This document shows, in pieces, positions 11,265 through 22,140 of a stretch of 64,000 nucleotides of DNA. The notes below the pieces were generated by a model. The model had not been told where the DNA came from. It worked only from the letters and a program-made list of their open reading frames with translations, and did not search any database. The stretch spans positions 22,196,001 to 22,260,000 of the forward strand of contig NC_043010.1 of NCBI RefSeq assembly GCF_006345805.1, in the 5' to 3' direction. Within the stretch, counting starts at the first letter, position 1; each line of letters begins with the position of its first letter. The position numbers and the translations under genes were made by a program. This DNA comes from Octopus sinensis. Taxonomy: Eukaryota.

Positions 11265-11745
11265 TGTTAAACAGATTTCTTGGGTAAGGCCGGAACGATG
11301 CGAGACGATATGAAGTAAAATAAAAAGGGAAGCCAAAAGAAAGTCTTAGTTTTTCTCTATATTTCTCTATTTCGGAGTGACTCCTTCTTCAAGACCTGCG
11401 GACAAGCAAGGAATGGAAGAAAGAGCCGCTGCTCAGACGTGCAAAGTAGAAAGGTGATATACGCAGACTTTTGTTGCTATAGTAACCAATCTGCTTCATG
11501 TAGCTCTTTTCTGTTATTTATGGCTGGCTTCAGTTTGTTGAGAAGGACATCCTCCAAGATTCTGAGATTGGCTCCATTGCGTTTGTGCGGTTCTGATGGA
11601 TACTTTGAAATCCTGTGTCTGGCACTTCTATAGGTGATTTCTTGATCGAAGTGTCTCTGCGCATGTTCTTCGATTGTAATGTGCAGTTTTCCAGTGCTGC
11701 TTACAGCTAAGTACATCGTATACCTCGTTTTGAAGTCTTTCATTG
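11265..11745 (-). mobile_element. Penelope-like element 3' remnant (degenerate GIY-YIG endonuclease plus hammerhead-like motif)
   Basis: ORF 11477-11743(-): YLAVSSTGKLHITIEEH...RILEDVLLNKLKPAINNRKE resembles the GIY-YIG YxGxT..L..RI.EH...LE..LI..LKP.IN pattern; downstream TTGAAGA-A-GGAG-TCA-CTCC-GAAA at 11370-11393. Confidence 0.65.
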
Positions 11746-11852
11746 GGTTGTTACGTAATGTGGCCCAGACGTAGCTCTCTTCTTTCTAGATAGACGTTTC
11801 TCGTGGTTTGGCAGGTGTGCACCATTTGTATTTTGAGTCCCTCTCTGCAGCT

Positions 11853-12392
11853 CCCCAGTATGTTCAGACCAGACAATCAAGGCAAATAATCCAAATATTG
11901 TTGTGAAAGACAAAAGCAATAAAGTCTGTTTATTGATTGGCATGAGCATACAACATGACCATAATATCTCGGCAAAATAATTTGATAAGAAAATATAAAG
12001 ACCTGCTAGTCGAAATAGAAAAGATGTGGCATCTCAAGACTGTTACAATACCGGTGATTGTAGGAGCACTCGGAACGGAGAAGTATTTAAGAATGATTCC
12101 TGGCTTACCATTCATGCAGGAAGTGCAAAAGATTGTCTTAACTGGTACATCACACGTATTGAGGAGAGCATTGTCGCTGTAACATTTCATTTCTTTTTCC
12201 GCCTTTATTTAGTCGGTTTACTTTTCAATTTTTCTCTCTTTCTTTCTTCTTCTTTTCTCTGTCACACGACTTCGTAAATGGACAATTTGTTGTGTTTATT
12301 TTAATGGCCTACCAATGTATACAATGCGTTTCTCTGCCCTAGGTGTCAGAAAGACACTCGGCAAGACATGGAAACAGGATTGAAAGAAGCTG
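11853..12392 (+). mobile_element. 5'-truncated copy of the 14131-18063 R4/Dong family
   Basis: KYKDLLVEIEKMWHLKTVTIPVIVGALG...LRRALSL; a 44-nt run GAAGTGCAAAAGATTGTCTTAACTGGTACATCACACGTATTGAG is identical to the long copy; same 3' UTR; followed by (GAT)n/(ATT)n. Confidence 0.92.
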
Positions 12393-12401
12393 ATAATGAG
12401 A

Positions 12402-12470
<69 letters not shown>

Positions 12471-12499
12471 ATTATTATTATTATTATTATTAATAATAA

Positions 12500-13400
12500 A
12501 GCCAGGAAGTGAGCCTCGGTAAATGCCCAAAATGACTAAAAGCCGAAACGGAAGAACTGATTCTCGCTCACAAATCAATGTCTGACTACAAACAATGATA
12601 AAAACAAAATAATGTCCAGTCCTTGCCAGGTCTGAATATATATATATACAAACACGACAAAATAAGCAGTTATATCATTGGACACTATGTTAACATTACA
12701 ACATCAGAACTGAGAGCAGGTGGTATAAGCATGTGCTAAGCAAAGTACAAGACAATGATCAGGCCGCAATCATCTGGGATATTCCGGTTCAAGCGGACAA
12801 AGAAATAAAATTGGGGATAAAAAGCACCTCCTTACTGATAGACATTGCAGTCCCTTCTGATCAAAATATTGCAAAAGAATGAAGTGGAAAAATTGTCGAA
12901 GTACAAAGACCTCGAAATTGAAGTATTGAAAATGTGGGACATGAAAGTAAAAACAATACCAATAATAATTGGAGCACTGGACATGATAAAAAATCATTTG
13001 AACAAAACTGTAGAAGCCATACCTGGATCCTTAACACTACACACTGTCCAAAAATAATAGTCCTGCTCGGGACAACCCATATCCTACGCAAGATATAGTC
13101 AATCCAATAATACAACCTAAACAAAGAAACCTACAAATACAAGACACACTCTATAGAGCATTTACAAGTAAAATAAACTCCCACCAGCAATCTAAAACAA
13201 CAAAGCATTACACATTCAAGACACAATACAAGCAGAAACACAACAAAAAACAGCACCACACCTAAAGGAAAAGAAGCTAACACAATACTGTACCGGAATG
13301 AGTTCGCAGCAACCCAACAGCAGAAACGAACACAGAATGCTACACACCGACCTAGCAATACGGAAGTGTAGCAAGTTATGTAATAGAAATTTGCCACAAT
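12500..13400 (+). mobile_element. 5'-truncated R4/Dong-type element, second lineage
   Basis: LKAETEELIL..., IIWDIPVQADKEIK, EVEKLSKYKDLEIEVLKMWDMKVKTIPIIIGAL; followed by (AAT)n at ~13427-13497. Confidence 0.85.
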
Positions 13401-13440
13401 CTACTAAATATTGAACAGTTATATGATAATAATAATAATG

Positions 13441-13497
<57 letters not shown>

Positions 13498-13500
<3 letters not shown>

Positions 13501-14053
13501 GCCCTGATGCAGTACCAGGAAGTGGCTCTCATGCTTCTGATCTTAACTGATTGGAAGTGTTATCATGTACATTGTTTTGTCTTGGTATAAAAGATGGGCT
13601 ACAGCAAATATTCTGCTCAATACCACAGATTTGCTTGTCAGTTGTTTGACCTTAACCAGTTGAGCATGTCCCTTAACGCCTGATGTGATGTGCATCTCTG
13701 ATCACGAGCAGAAGTAGTGGGGGAGCATCATAGCCATGTGTTGAGAGGGATTCTTTGGGGTTTGAATAGTTCACCTCTGGAAACATGGGTGGTTCTTTCA
13801 ACATCCTTAAGCAACCCTTATTCAGTGACCGTTTGAGCGGGATGGGCTACTCAACTTGAAGAAAATTCTAACTGGGCCCCACCTGCAAGGTCATGTGCTG
13901 TTTACCTTGATATGAGATCACCATGTCGCGCACATATGGTTGTGATGCATGTGCCTGGTGTATCTTTATCAGACGGGTAGTCATGATGGGTATATTGGGC
14001 TTCGAATATTTTACCCCAGTGTCACTTTGATGGCATGAACTGCTCTCTCACTC
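13498..14053. mobile_element. Unclassified ~555-bp non-coding element embedded in (AAT)n
   Basis: Flanked on both sides by (AAT)n; partial copies at ~26686-26712 (same strand) and ~32980-33202 (opposite strand, abutting (TAT)n); no tRNA head, TIR or ORF seen. Confidence 0.75.
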
Positions 14054-14087
<34 letters not shown>

Positions 14088-14130
14088 TTAATATTAATAA
14101 TAATAACAGTGATGATAATAACAATAATAA

Positions 14131-17100
14131 GCCGACTACGGCTGCTATAATGGTACGATTATAATTGTAACAGCAATGATGGCCGTCTCCCCACGAGCCA
14201 ACCAAAGCTAAAAAAATGATAACATTATCGTAGCACCAAAATGTTTTTGGGAACTAAAAGGAAAACTAAATCAGTATACCAAATCGCTTGTCCTATGGTT
14301 AATCTGGAAGCGCGTCCCCCAGGGAAGAGCCAGCCTGGGACCGAAAAGTCATCAACTGACACAAACTCTTCTCCGAATACGGACATGGATGGTCACTTGA
14401 ACGGGAAATCCCCCAACTCGAGCCCTCCAAGTTCACCACCACAACCACCACAGAAAGAAAAATGTAAGCGGAACAAATGGACCCGAGAAGAGTATAAAGA
14501 AGTAATATACGCTTATTACTATGCATTAGGTAGGCCATCTCAAGAGAGACATACCGCAAACTCTTACAGTATATGGAGAACACGGAATCAAGACAGTAGG
14601 CCCTATTGGACGAGAACAAATTAGCAAATGTGAGGAGGGATATCCTTAGAAATAACAGACTCACAGACAGTGAAATAAGCGCGATCAAGCACGCAACGGA
14701 AAATGACATAAATATAAGACACAAAGGAAATGAAGAATCAGATGAACAGTATAGCCCGCCACGAGGCTTAATTGAAAGACTGCCATCTGACCAAAGTACG
14801 CAAAGGCCTGAAGATACAAGAAATTCTATTGTACCTGTTAAAGATAGCCAGGAAAAGGAAAAAACAACAGTAACTGAAGATCTTGCATCTGCTGAAGAAC
14901 ACAGAGAGTCTATGGCAGAAATGAGGCAGAAAATCCTGAATACACTTGAAGTTGTAAGACATACAAGTATGAATGATAGAGAACCACTTCATAAACTCTC
15001 AAATACAAACCAAAATAAAAAAACAAATCCAAATTGGCAACTATGTAACAAATTAAATAATACGAGAATTAAAACCTGATTTTACTGAGTTAAATGAAAT
15101 TATTTACGCTTCTGCCAGGGCAATTGAAACCAGCTGTATGCCCCTGAAAAAACAAAGAAAACCAAACCTGGGAAGAAATCAACCTGGAGAAGTAAAATTG
15201 AAAAAGAGATTGAATTTATGAAGGGGAAAAATCAATATTAAATTAACTAATATGTGGAAATGATGTAAGATCCAGAACAGGAAGAAAGATGAAGAGGAAA
15301 TTTGGATCCTCACCAAGAGAAGAACTGATATCAATAAAAGAAACGCTGAAACAAAAGTCCAAGCAAAAGCCCACAGAATAAGAGATTTGAGAAGAGAAAC
15401 AAGTTTTACAAGCAAAATAAGCTGTTCACATCCAATGCCAAAACATTCTACAGAGAAATAGGGAAGGAGAAAGTAACCGTTAAAGACCCACCTCCCATGG
15501 AAGAAGTTCAAAACTTTTGGAAAGTTTTTGGAGTGACAAGAAGACGTACAACATAAGGCAGACTGGATTATACAAACTGAAGGATCCTACCAAAATTTAC
15601 AACAACAAGCATGGGAAGACATCACAATAACAGACCTAAGAAAGGCACTCACGAAGGCCCATAATTGAAATCCCCCGGTAAAGATAGGGTGCCGAATTTC
15701 TGGCTTGCATCGCTCCCATGCGCAACACGGTAAGCTAGTTCAGCTGCTCAATGGAATTATGAGAGACCCAAAGAAAACACCTGAATGGTTAGCAAGTGGC
15801 ATTACTTACCTACTCCCAAAGAATAACGAAACCAACCTTCCAAAAAACTATCGGCCTATAACCTGTCTATCCACCACGTATAAAATCCTAACATCTATCC
15901 TGGCGGAGAAAACATGCATTCATGGAGAAGAACGATATTTTCCCCATTGAGCAAAAAGGGTGCCGCCGAGGCTCTTACGGATGCAAAGATCAACTGCTAA
16001 TCAATCGTATGATCCTTGAGAACTGTCACAACAAGCGCAGAAATCTCAGCACCGCATGGATTGACTATAAAAAAGGCCTTCGACAGTATACCGCATCCAT
16101 GGATCTTGAGATCGCTGGACATCTTCAAAGTTTCCCCTGTGATTTCAAACTTCCTGAAGCACAATATGTCGTTTGGAATACGAATCTCCAATTATACCAC
16201 TCTAATGGAGTACTTGCCTCAGAAAATATAAACATCAACTGTGGAATTTTTCAAGGTGACTCACTTTCACCTTTAATATTCTGCATAGCCCTAATACCCC
16301 TTACAAGTGAATTAAACAGAACAGGTATGGGTATAAAATTGCCAATAAAAAAATAAGTCATCTATTTTATATGGATGACTTAAAACTTTATGGTAAAGAC
16401 AATAATGAACTTGAAGGCCTATTGTGCACTGTGAAAGCATTCAGCGATGACATCGGGATGGAGTTTGGACTTGAGAAGTGTGCCAAGGCCACTTTCCAGA
16501 AAGGGAAAGTGAAGACCACAAATTCAGTCGTGTTAGATGTTGACACAGTCATAAGAGAGCTTGAGCAAGAACAAACATACAAATATTTAGGGATAAATGA
16601 AGGCTCTGGTATTCAGCATGCAAGTATGAAAGAGATCAGGAAGGAATGTTATAGGAGAGTTCGTGCAGTCCTGAAATCTGAACTAAATGCACGTAACAAG
16701 GTGTTAGCTATAGATTCCTCAGCAGTTCCAGTTGTTACTTAAAGCTACAATGTGTTGAACTGGAATATGAGTGAAGTAAAGAATATAGATAGGAAAATAC
16801 GCAAGCTGCTGAGTTATAATAGGATGCACCACCCAAAGGCAGATGTAGATCGCCTTTACCTTCCCAGAGCCCAAGGAGGTCGAGGCCTGATCCAATTTGA
16901 ACTAGCTTACAAAACAACCACAATTGGACTGGCCAAATATCTCGAAATATCGAATGACTGGATGCTAAAGCTCGTGGAAAATCACGAGAGACGAAAGAAG
17001 CTTCATTCTATTATAAAGGAAAGCAAAAAATTTGCTATTGATCTCGTGCAGGATACCCAAACAGAACAACCCGAGGGAAGTACGGCAATTATTGTTGCAA

Positions 17101-18063
17101 AGAAGGTGAAAATAATGGCAACGAAAAAAGCGCACAAGCAATTGGCTGATAGGTGGGAGGAGAAACCTCTGCACGGCAAATATGTGACCCGCAGCAAACA
17201 AGCTGATGTTGACCAGAAGCAAACCCATCAGTGGCTACGGAGTTCAGGGCTAAAAGCAGAGAGCGAAGGTTTCATCCTGGCTGCTCAAGATCAAAGCCTA
17301 TTAACCCGGAACTACCAATGTGATGAAAAATGGAGCAGACCCAAAATGCCGATTCTGCAACGACAGTGGACCACCTAATCTCTGGATGTAAAGTCTTAGC
17401 TCCAGTGGAGTATAAATTAAGACATGACAGAGTTGGCCAATATCTCCACTGGCTAATAAGTCGGCATTACAATATCAAAACTGCCGACAAGTGGTATAAT
17501 CACCACCCTGAGGCTGTAACTGAAGGAGAAAATGTAACCATTCTGTGGGACTTTCCAGTACATACAGACCGAACCATCAAGGTCAATAAACCAGATATTG
17601 TTGTGAAAGACCAAAACAATAAAGTTTGCTTATTGATCGACATGAGCATCCCCTGTGATCATAATATCTCAGCGAAAGAGTTTGACAAACTCAGAAAATA
17701 TAAAGACCTACTCATTGAAATTGAGAAAATGTGGCATCTCAAGGCGGTTACAATACCAGTGATCGTAGGAGCACTAGGAATGATCAAGAAGGGAACCGAA
17801 AATTATATGAGAATGATCCCTGGCTTACCATCCCTGCAAGAAGTGCAAAAGATTGTCTTAACTGGTACATCACACGTATTGAGAAGAGCATTGTCGCTGT
17901 GAGAACTATTACTACCCATGTAGTAAGTTTTTTAACTTTAAAAAAAAAATGAACGAACTATTGAGTTTAGTTTAATGGCCTACCAATGTATACTATGAGT
18001 TTCTTTGCCCTAGGAGTCGGGAAGACACTCGGCAAGAAATGGAAGCAAATTTGAAAGAAAAAG
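14131..18063 (+). mobile_element. Near-full-length R4/Dong-clade non-LTR retrotransposon (RT + CCHC + restriction-like endonuclease), disrupted by frameshifts and stops
   Basis: One polyprotein in pieces 14241-17902: N-terminal KWTREEYKEV..YYY; RT motifs GITYLLPK, NYRPITCL, AWIDYKKAFDS, GIFQGDSLSP, YMDDLKLY, FGLEKCA, YKYLG; then RLYLPRAQGGRGL, LHGKY, EGFILAAQDQ, HLISGC, RHDRVG, KPDIVV, LIDMSIP, KYKDL, VIVGALG; (AAT)n on both flanks. Confidence 0.95.
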
Positions 18064-18135
18064 ATAATAATAATATTAATAATAATAATGATAATAATAA
18101 TAATAATAATAATAATAAAATAATAATAATAATAG

Positions 18136-18519
18136 TGTTAATTGAAAAAGAAACCAAACGATGCTGGATCATAGATATAGCATTCACAGCTGGCAACAAG
18201 GTATGCGATCAGAAAGAAAGAACAGTCGATGGATATGATGAGTTAGCTTGGGAGGTTAAGCAGTTGTGGTGCATGAAAAAGGTGGTAGTAGTACCAATAA
18301 TTGTCGGAGCCCTGGGAACAGTGAGTAAAAATCTTGAAAATTGCATGGAAAAAATAGGGGCTGTGTAATAAGGGTGGAGCACTTGCAGAAAACAACACTG
18401 CTTGGAACAACTCGAATATTCCAGAGGGTGCTCGAAAAATAAGTGGTGTTACCTTATTTCACTTGTAGTGAACAGCTGGCACCGTAGTACCTCTCCGGTG
18501 ATAGAAGCTGTGCAAAGAC

Positions 18520-18520
<1 letters not shown>
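18136..18520 (+). mobile_element. 5'-truncated R4/Dong-type element, third lineage, inserted in the (AAT)n tail of the long copy
   Basis: CWIIDIAF...YDELAWEVKQLWCMKKVVVVPIIVGALGTV...LQKTTLLGTTRI; (AAT)n at 18064-18135 and ~18520-18592. Confidence 0.85.
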
Positions 18521-18591
<71 letters not shown>

Positions 18592-19463
18592 CATACGATC
18601 TTTTCCGAGTTTTATTCAGAGATCTCAACTAACAGCAGGTCGTATATTTTACGTTGGCTGTTACATATGCACAGCAACGCTATAATTTTTAGGAAGGACA
18701 GCAGAATCCAAGATTCTATTAAACCTCTTATATTTCGGTTTTGAAAAAGTTTTTAAGCGAATCAGGTATTTTTGGGTTGACAATATGTTCCCATGAGAAC
18801 AGTTTTCTTTAATAATTCTAATACTTTGGGGGTTTTCTGGTATTTGGCCATTGTGTTTAGCCATAGTTTATTACTCGCAAATCTCCAATGATAGATGCAG
18901 CTGTCATTTTTAGATGCCACATTTTTTATTATTAACTTTAAATTTTTATTTCTTTTGGTATTTATTATTTTTATTTCTATTTTTATCATCATCATCATCA
19001 TCAGCAGCATCATCTTCATCGTCGTCGTTGTCGTCGTCGTCATCGTCGTCATCATCATCACCATCATCATCACCCTTTTCAAAATTTTAATTCACGGCGG
19101 ACGGTGAAGACGTCATTTACAGTTTGACACCACCTACAAAATATTTAATACGATTTCTATCAAAAATTTATCGCATACAGATAAATTCCTATCGTTTGGA
19201 GTTTGCCCCGTCAAATGTTATCCAAGAGAAGAAATAAGATTTTATTCTGTATTCGTTATTTTTGTCCCTCACGTTACAGACATACGAAACATCACTACAA
19301 ATATGTACTCTGCATTTTAGGAAGAGTACACACAAATAAGATAATATAACTTTAGTAACCATCATTTACTTAGAACTTACGTATCCGGTGCAATATACTT
19401 TATATTTCATTGTATCCAATAGAAATTTCAAATCCAAATAATATACATCAATTCTATTTCCTA

Positions 19464-21068
19464 GGCACAGGCGTGGTTGTGCGGTAAGAAGCTTGCTTCC
19501 CAACCACATTGTTCTGGGCTCATGTCCCACTGCGTGGAACTTTGTGGGGGGTGTCTTCTATTAGGTTGTCACACATGAAATATCGTATTTGAAAGGTAAC
19601 AATAAAATGTTTCAGAAGTGTTAGAGAACTAATTGATTTAATCAAAGTATGATCCATGTTCATCTATGACGTTTACACACCGTTTCTTTAAGTCATATAT
19701 TAGATCTTTAAACAAAATTCATCTTTTGCTGTGATAAACTTTCTGAATGCTTCAATTATTCCTCTTTTCTATTTAAGAATGTTTTATTGCGTATGAAAAG
19801 CTCAAATTCTTAAATAAGTGATGATCAATAGCAGAGATATCGTGGGAATAGGGAGGATGTTGCAAAATCTCGACTTTGCAACTTTTGGACAGTAGCTTCG
19901 GAAGCGTGAGGACGTGCATTGTCGTGGAGCAAAATTGGGCCATTTCTATTCACTAGTTTGGGTTGCTTCTTTTTCAAATTCCCTGCATACAATCATTTTC
20001 CTGGCAATACGATGTTGCTGTTACCATTTTCCCTTGTTGCAAAAGTGAAAAATAAATAACTCCCTTCGCAGACCACCATACAGTGACAACTAACTTTTTA
20101 GGGTGCAATGGTGTCCTGTTCTCCTGCTGTTATCAAAGAGTATCCATTTCTCATCACATGAAATGATTCGATGCAAAAATATTCTTTTCCCAGTCGAGAA
20201 AGCAATAAGGATCACACTTCGAGGCGTCTGTTCTTTCTGAATCTCGTTCAGTTGATATGGAAAAAACCTATCCTTTGTCTTGAATTTCCCAATTTTTTAC
20301 AGGTGCCCAGAAACCGTCGTGCGAGATGTTTGGAGTTCTCTGATGAAAGTTTTGTAACCTTTGTTCTTGGATCTTGTTCAACCAAAGCATTTAATCCATC
20401 ATGCCGAGTGATTTTAGCCTACCCTTTGGTTTAATTTCAAGGATATCATCTGAACGAGATCTTTGGAACCATCTCTGAACAGTTCTGATCTCAACAAAAC
20501 CATTACCAAAGGCCCGCTCGATATTCCGTAGAGCTTCTGCAGCAGAGTGACCCAGCTTGTACTCATACGAGAAAATCACTCAACATAATTTGGTTGTTAT
20601 CATTTTCATAAGGTCCGTGGGTGCGCATTTTGTTTACCAATATCATTCGGAAGGAAAAAGAGTGAAGATTAAATGCAATGTTGTAAGTAATTAGGTTTTT
20701 AAATGACTGAAATAACAAATAATTAAAAATGCAACATTTCATTGTGACAACCTAATACTATAGCCTCGAGCCGACCAAAGCCTTGTAATGGATTTGGTAG
20801 AGGAAAACTGAAAGAAGCCCGTCGTACGTATATATTTATATATGTATTTATGCGTGTGTATCTGTGTTTGTCCCTCCAGCATCACTGGACAACCAATGCT
20901 GGTTTGTTTATGTCCCCGTAACTTAGCAGTTCTGGAAAGAGACTGAAAGAATAAGTACTAGGCTTATAAAGAAAAGTCCTGTGGTCAATATCTTCGACAA
21001 AATCCTTTTAAGGTGATGCTGCAGCATGGTTGCAGTCAAATGACTGAAAACATGTAAGAGAGTAAAAT
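19464..21068 (+). mobile_element. SINE family A copy split by a mariner insertion (19464-19560 and 20756-21068)
   Basis: Head GGCACAGGCGTGG...GTGTCTTCTA | mariner | TACTATAGCCTCGAGCCGACC; the rejoined sequence matches uninterrupted copies (GTGTCTTCTACTATAGCC). Confidence 0.92.
19561..20755 (-). mobile_element. Full-length mariner (DD34D-type) DNA transposon with decayed transposase
   Basis: TIRs TTAGGTTGTCACA(C)ATGAAAT; TA target duplication at 19559-60 and 20756-57; minus-strand motifs GHSAAEALRNI..RTVQRWF, TCDEKWILFDN, VTVWW, ILLHDNARPH, HPPYSHDISAIDHHLF. Confidence 0.96.
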
Positions 21069-21679
21069 AAAAATCCATGTATATTTATCTATAAGTTATT
21101 TCGATTTGCAAATCCGATGTGCATAAACCGTTTTGCAAAGACAGATTTTGATAGAAACAGATAAAAAGTCTGTAATCATATACCATTACTTACTTTTACA
21201 TTAAAGTAAGGGTATACGACTTAGGGGTCACTGAACTTCTATCAAGTCGTAGAAATTACCTTGTTATTACCGTTCAGGTTCAGATCATCCTTGATTAAAC
21301 AGACCAATTACCTAAGACATTCCTCCCATGAACAACACATCTTTTCCTTAAAATAGTTGTACACAGAATGTTATTTTAGGAAGATTTTACTTCTATTAAT
21401 AGAATAATATATATATATATATATATATATAAATTTGTATATAACTTCTCCATTGTTTCCAGGTGTTTTAGTACTGGTCAGGAGATAGTAAAACCTCTGA
21501 AATAAGATGTTACGACCGTGACTAACCCATCGTTCATGATGTAAGTCGAAATACTTTATCTAATGTGTCATTTCATCATAATTCTAAAGAGAGTGGCGTA
21601 TGATTCGAGATTTGGCTGTAATGTCTAGCAGATTGGTGGACCAAATAGAGTCTTTATCTTCTGATGCATTTCTCAATGG

Positions 21680-22140
21680 AACAAGTATTGTCAATCTCTT
21701 GATCCGACTGTTTATTGCCTCACACTCGCAATTAGCAGCGCGATACGTTGTTTTTAATTCTTAGAGCATTAGTCGTGAGAGTAGTTGGGAAATATGCTGA
21801 TTTGTAAAACGGCAGACAAATTACCATTTGTCTGTTTGGAAGATTTTCGAAATCAGTCTTTGAGATATGCTGCTAAGTCGCAGACATTGTGAAACTTGTT
21901 AAGCTATGAAATCGCTTAAGAGATTTTTGTCTAACTTATTTAAAATATTTGTTTTTATTGTAAGCAAATGTCTGCACCTAAAACGCCAGAGTTCTTCGTT
22001 AAGCAGGAGAGTGAAGATCCAGCCATAACCAGGATATATTGAGAAGATTCCGTCTTGTAATTCCAAATATAAATTGCTTGCAAATCCATCAATTTTCTAA
22101 GATAATAGGATCTGATCCATGTCAGATATATACCCAAACA
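21680..22140 (-). pseudogene. Decayed hAT-type transposase C-terminal fragment
   Basis: Across frameshifts: YGWIF..LLNEELWRFRC..L....LDKNLLSDF and IFPN...ALRI...AANCECE...SRIKR, resembling the hAT dimerisation motif FPN..ALRI...NC..ERSFS.LKR. Recognised by eye only. Confidence 0.5.

Noticed and set aside
14131-14240. HDV-like ribozyme at the Dong 5' end
   Set aside because: CGT-CTCCCC-ACG resembles P3/L3 and a P4-like hairpin follows, but P1 has only 4 bp and P1.1 and P2 cannot be formed; worth retesting on the family consensus.
14299-17228. Minus-strand ORFs over the Dong element
   Set aside because: Antisense shadows of the retrotransposon ORF with no independent motifs.
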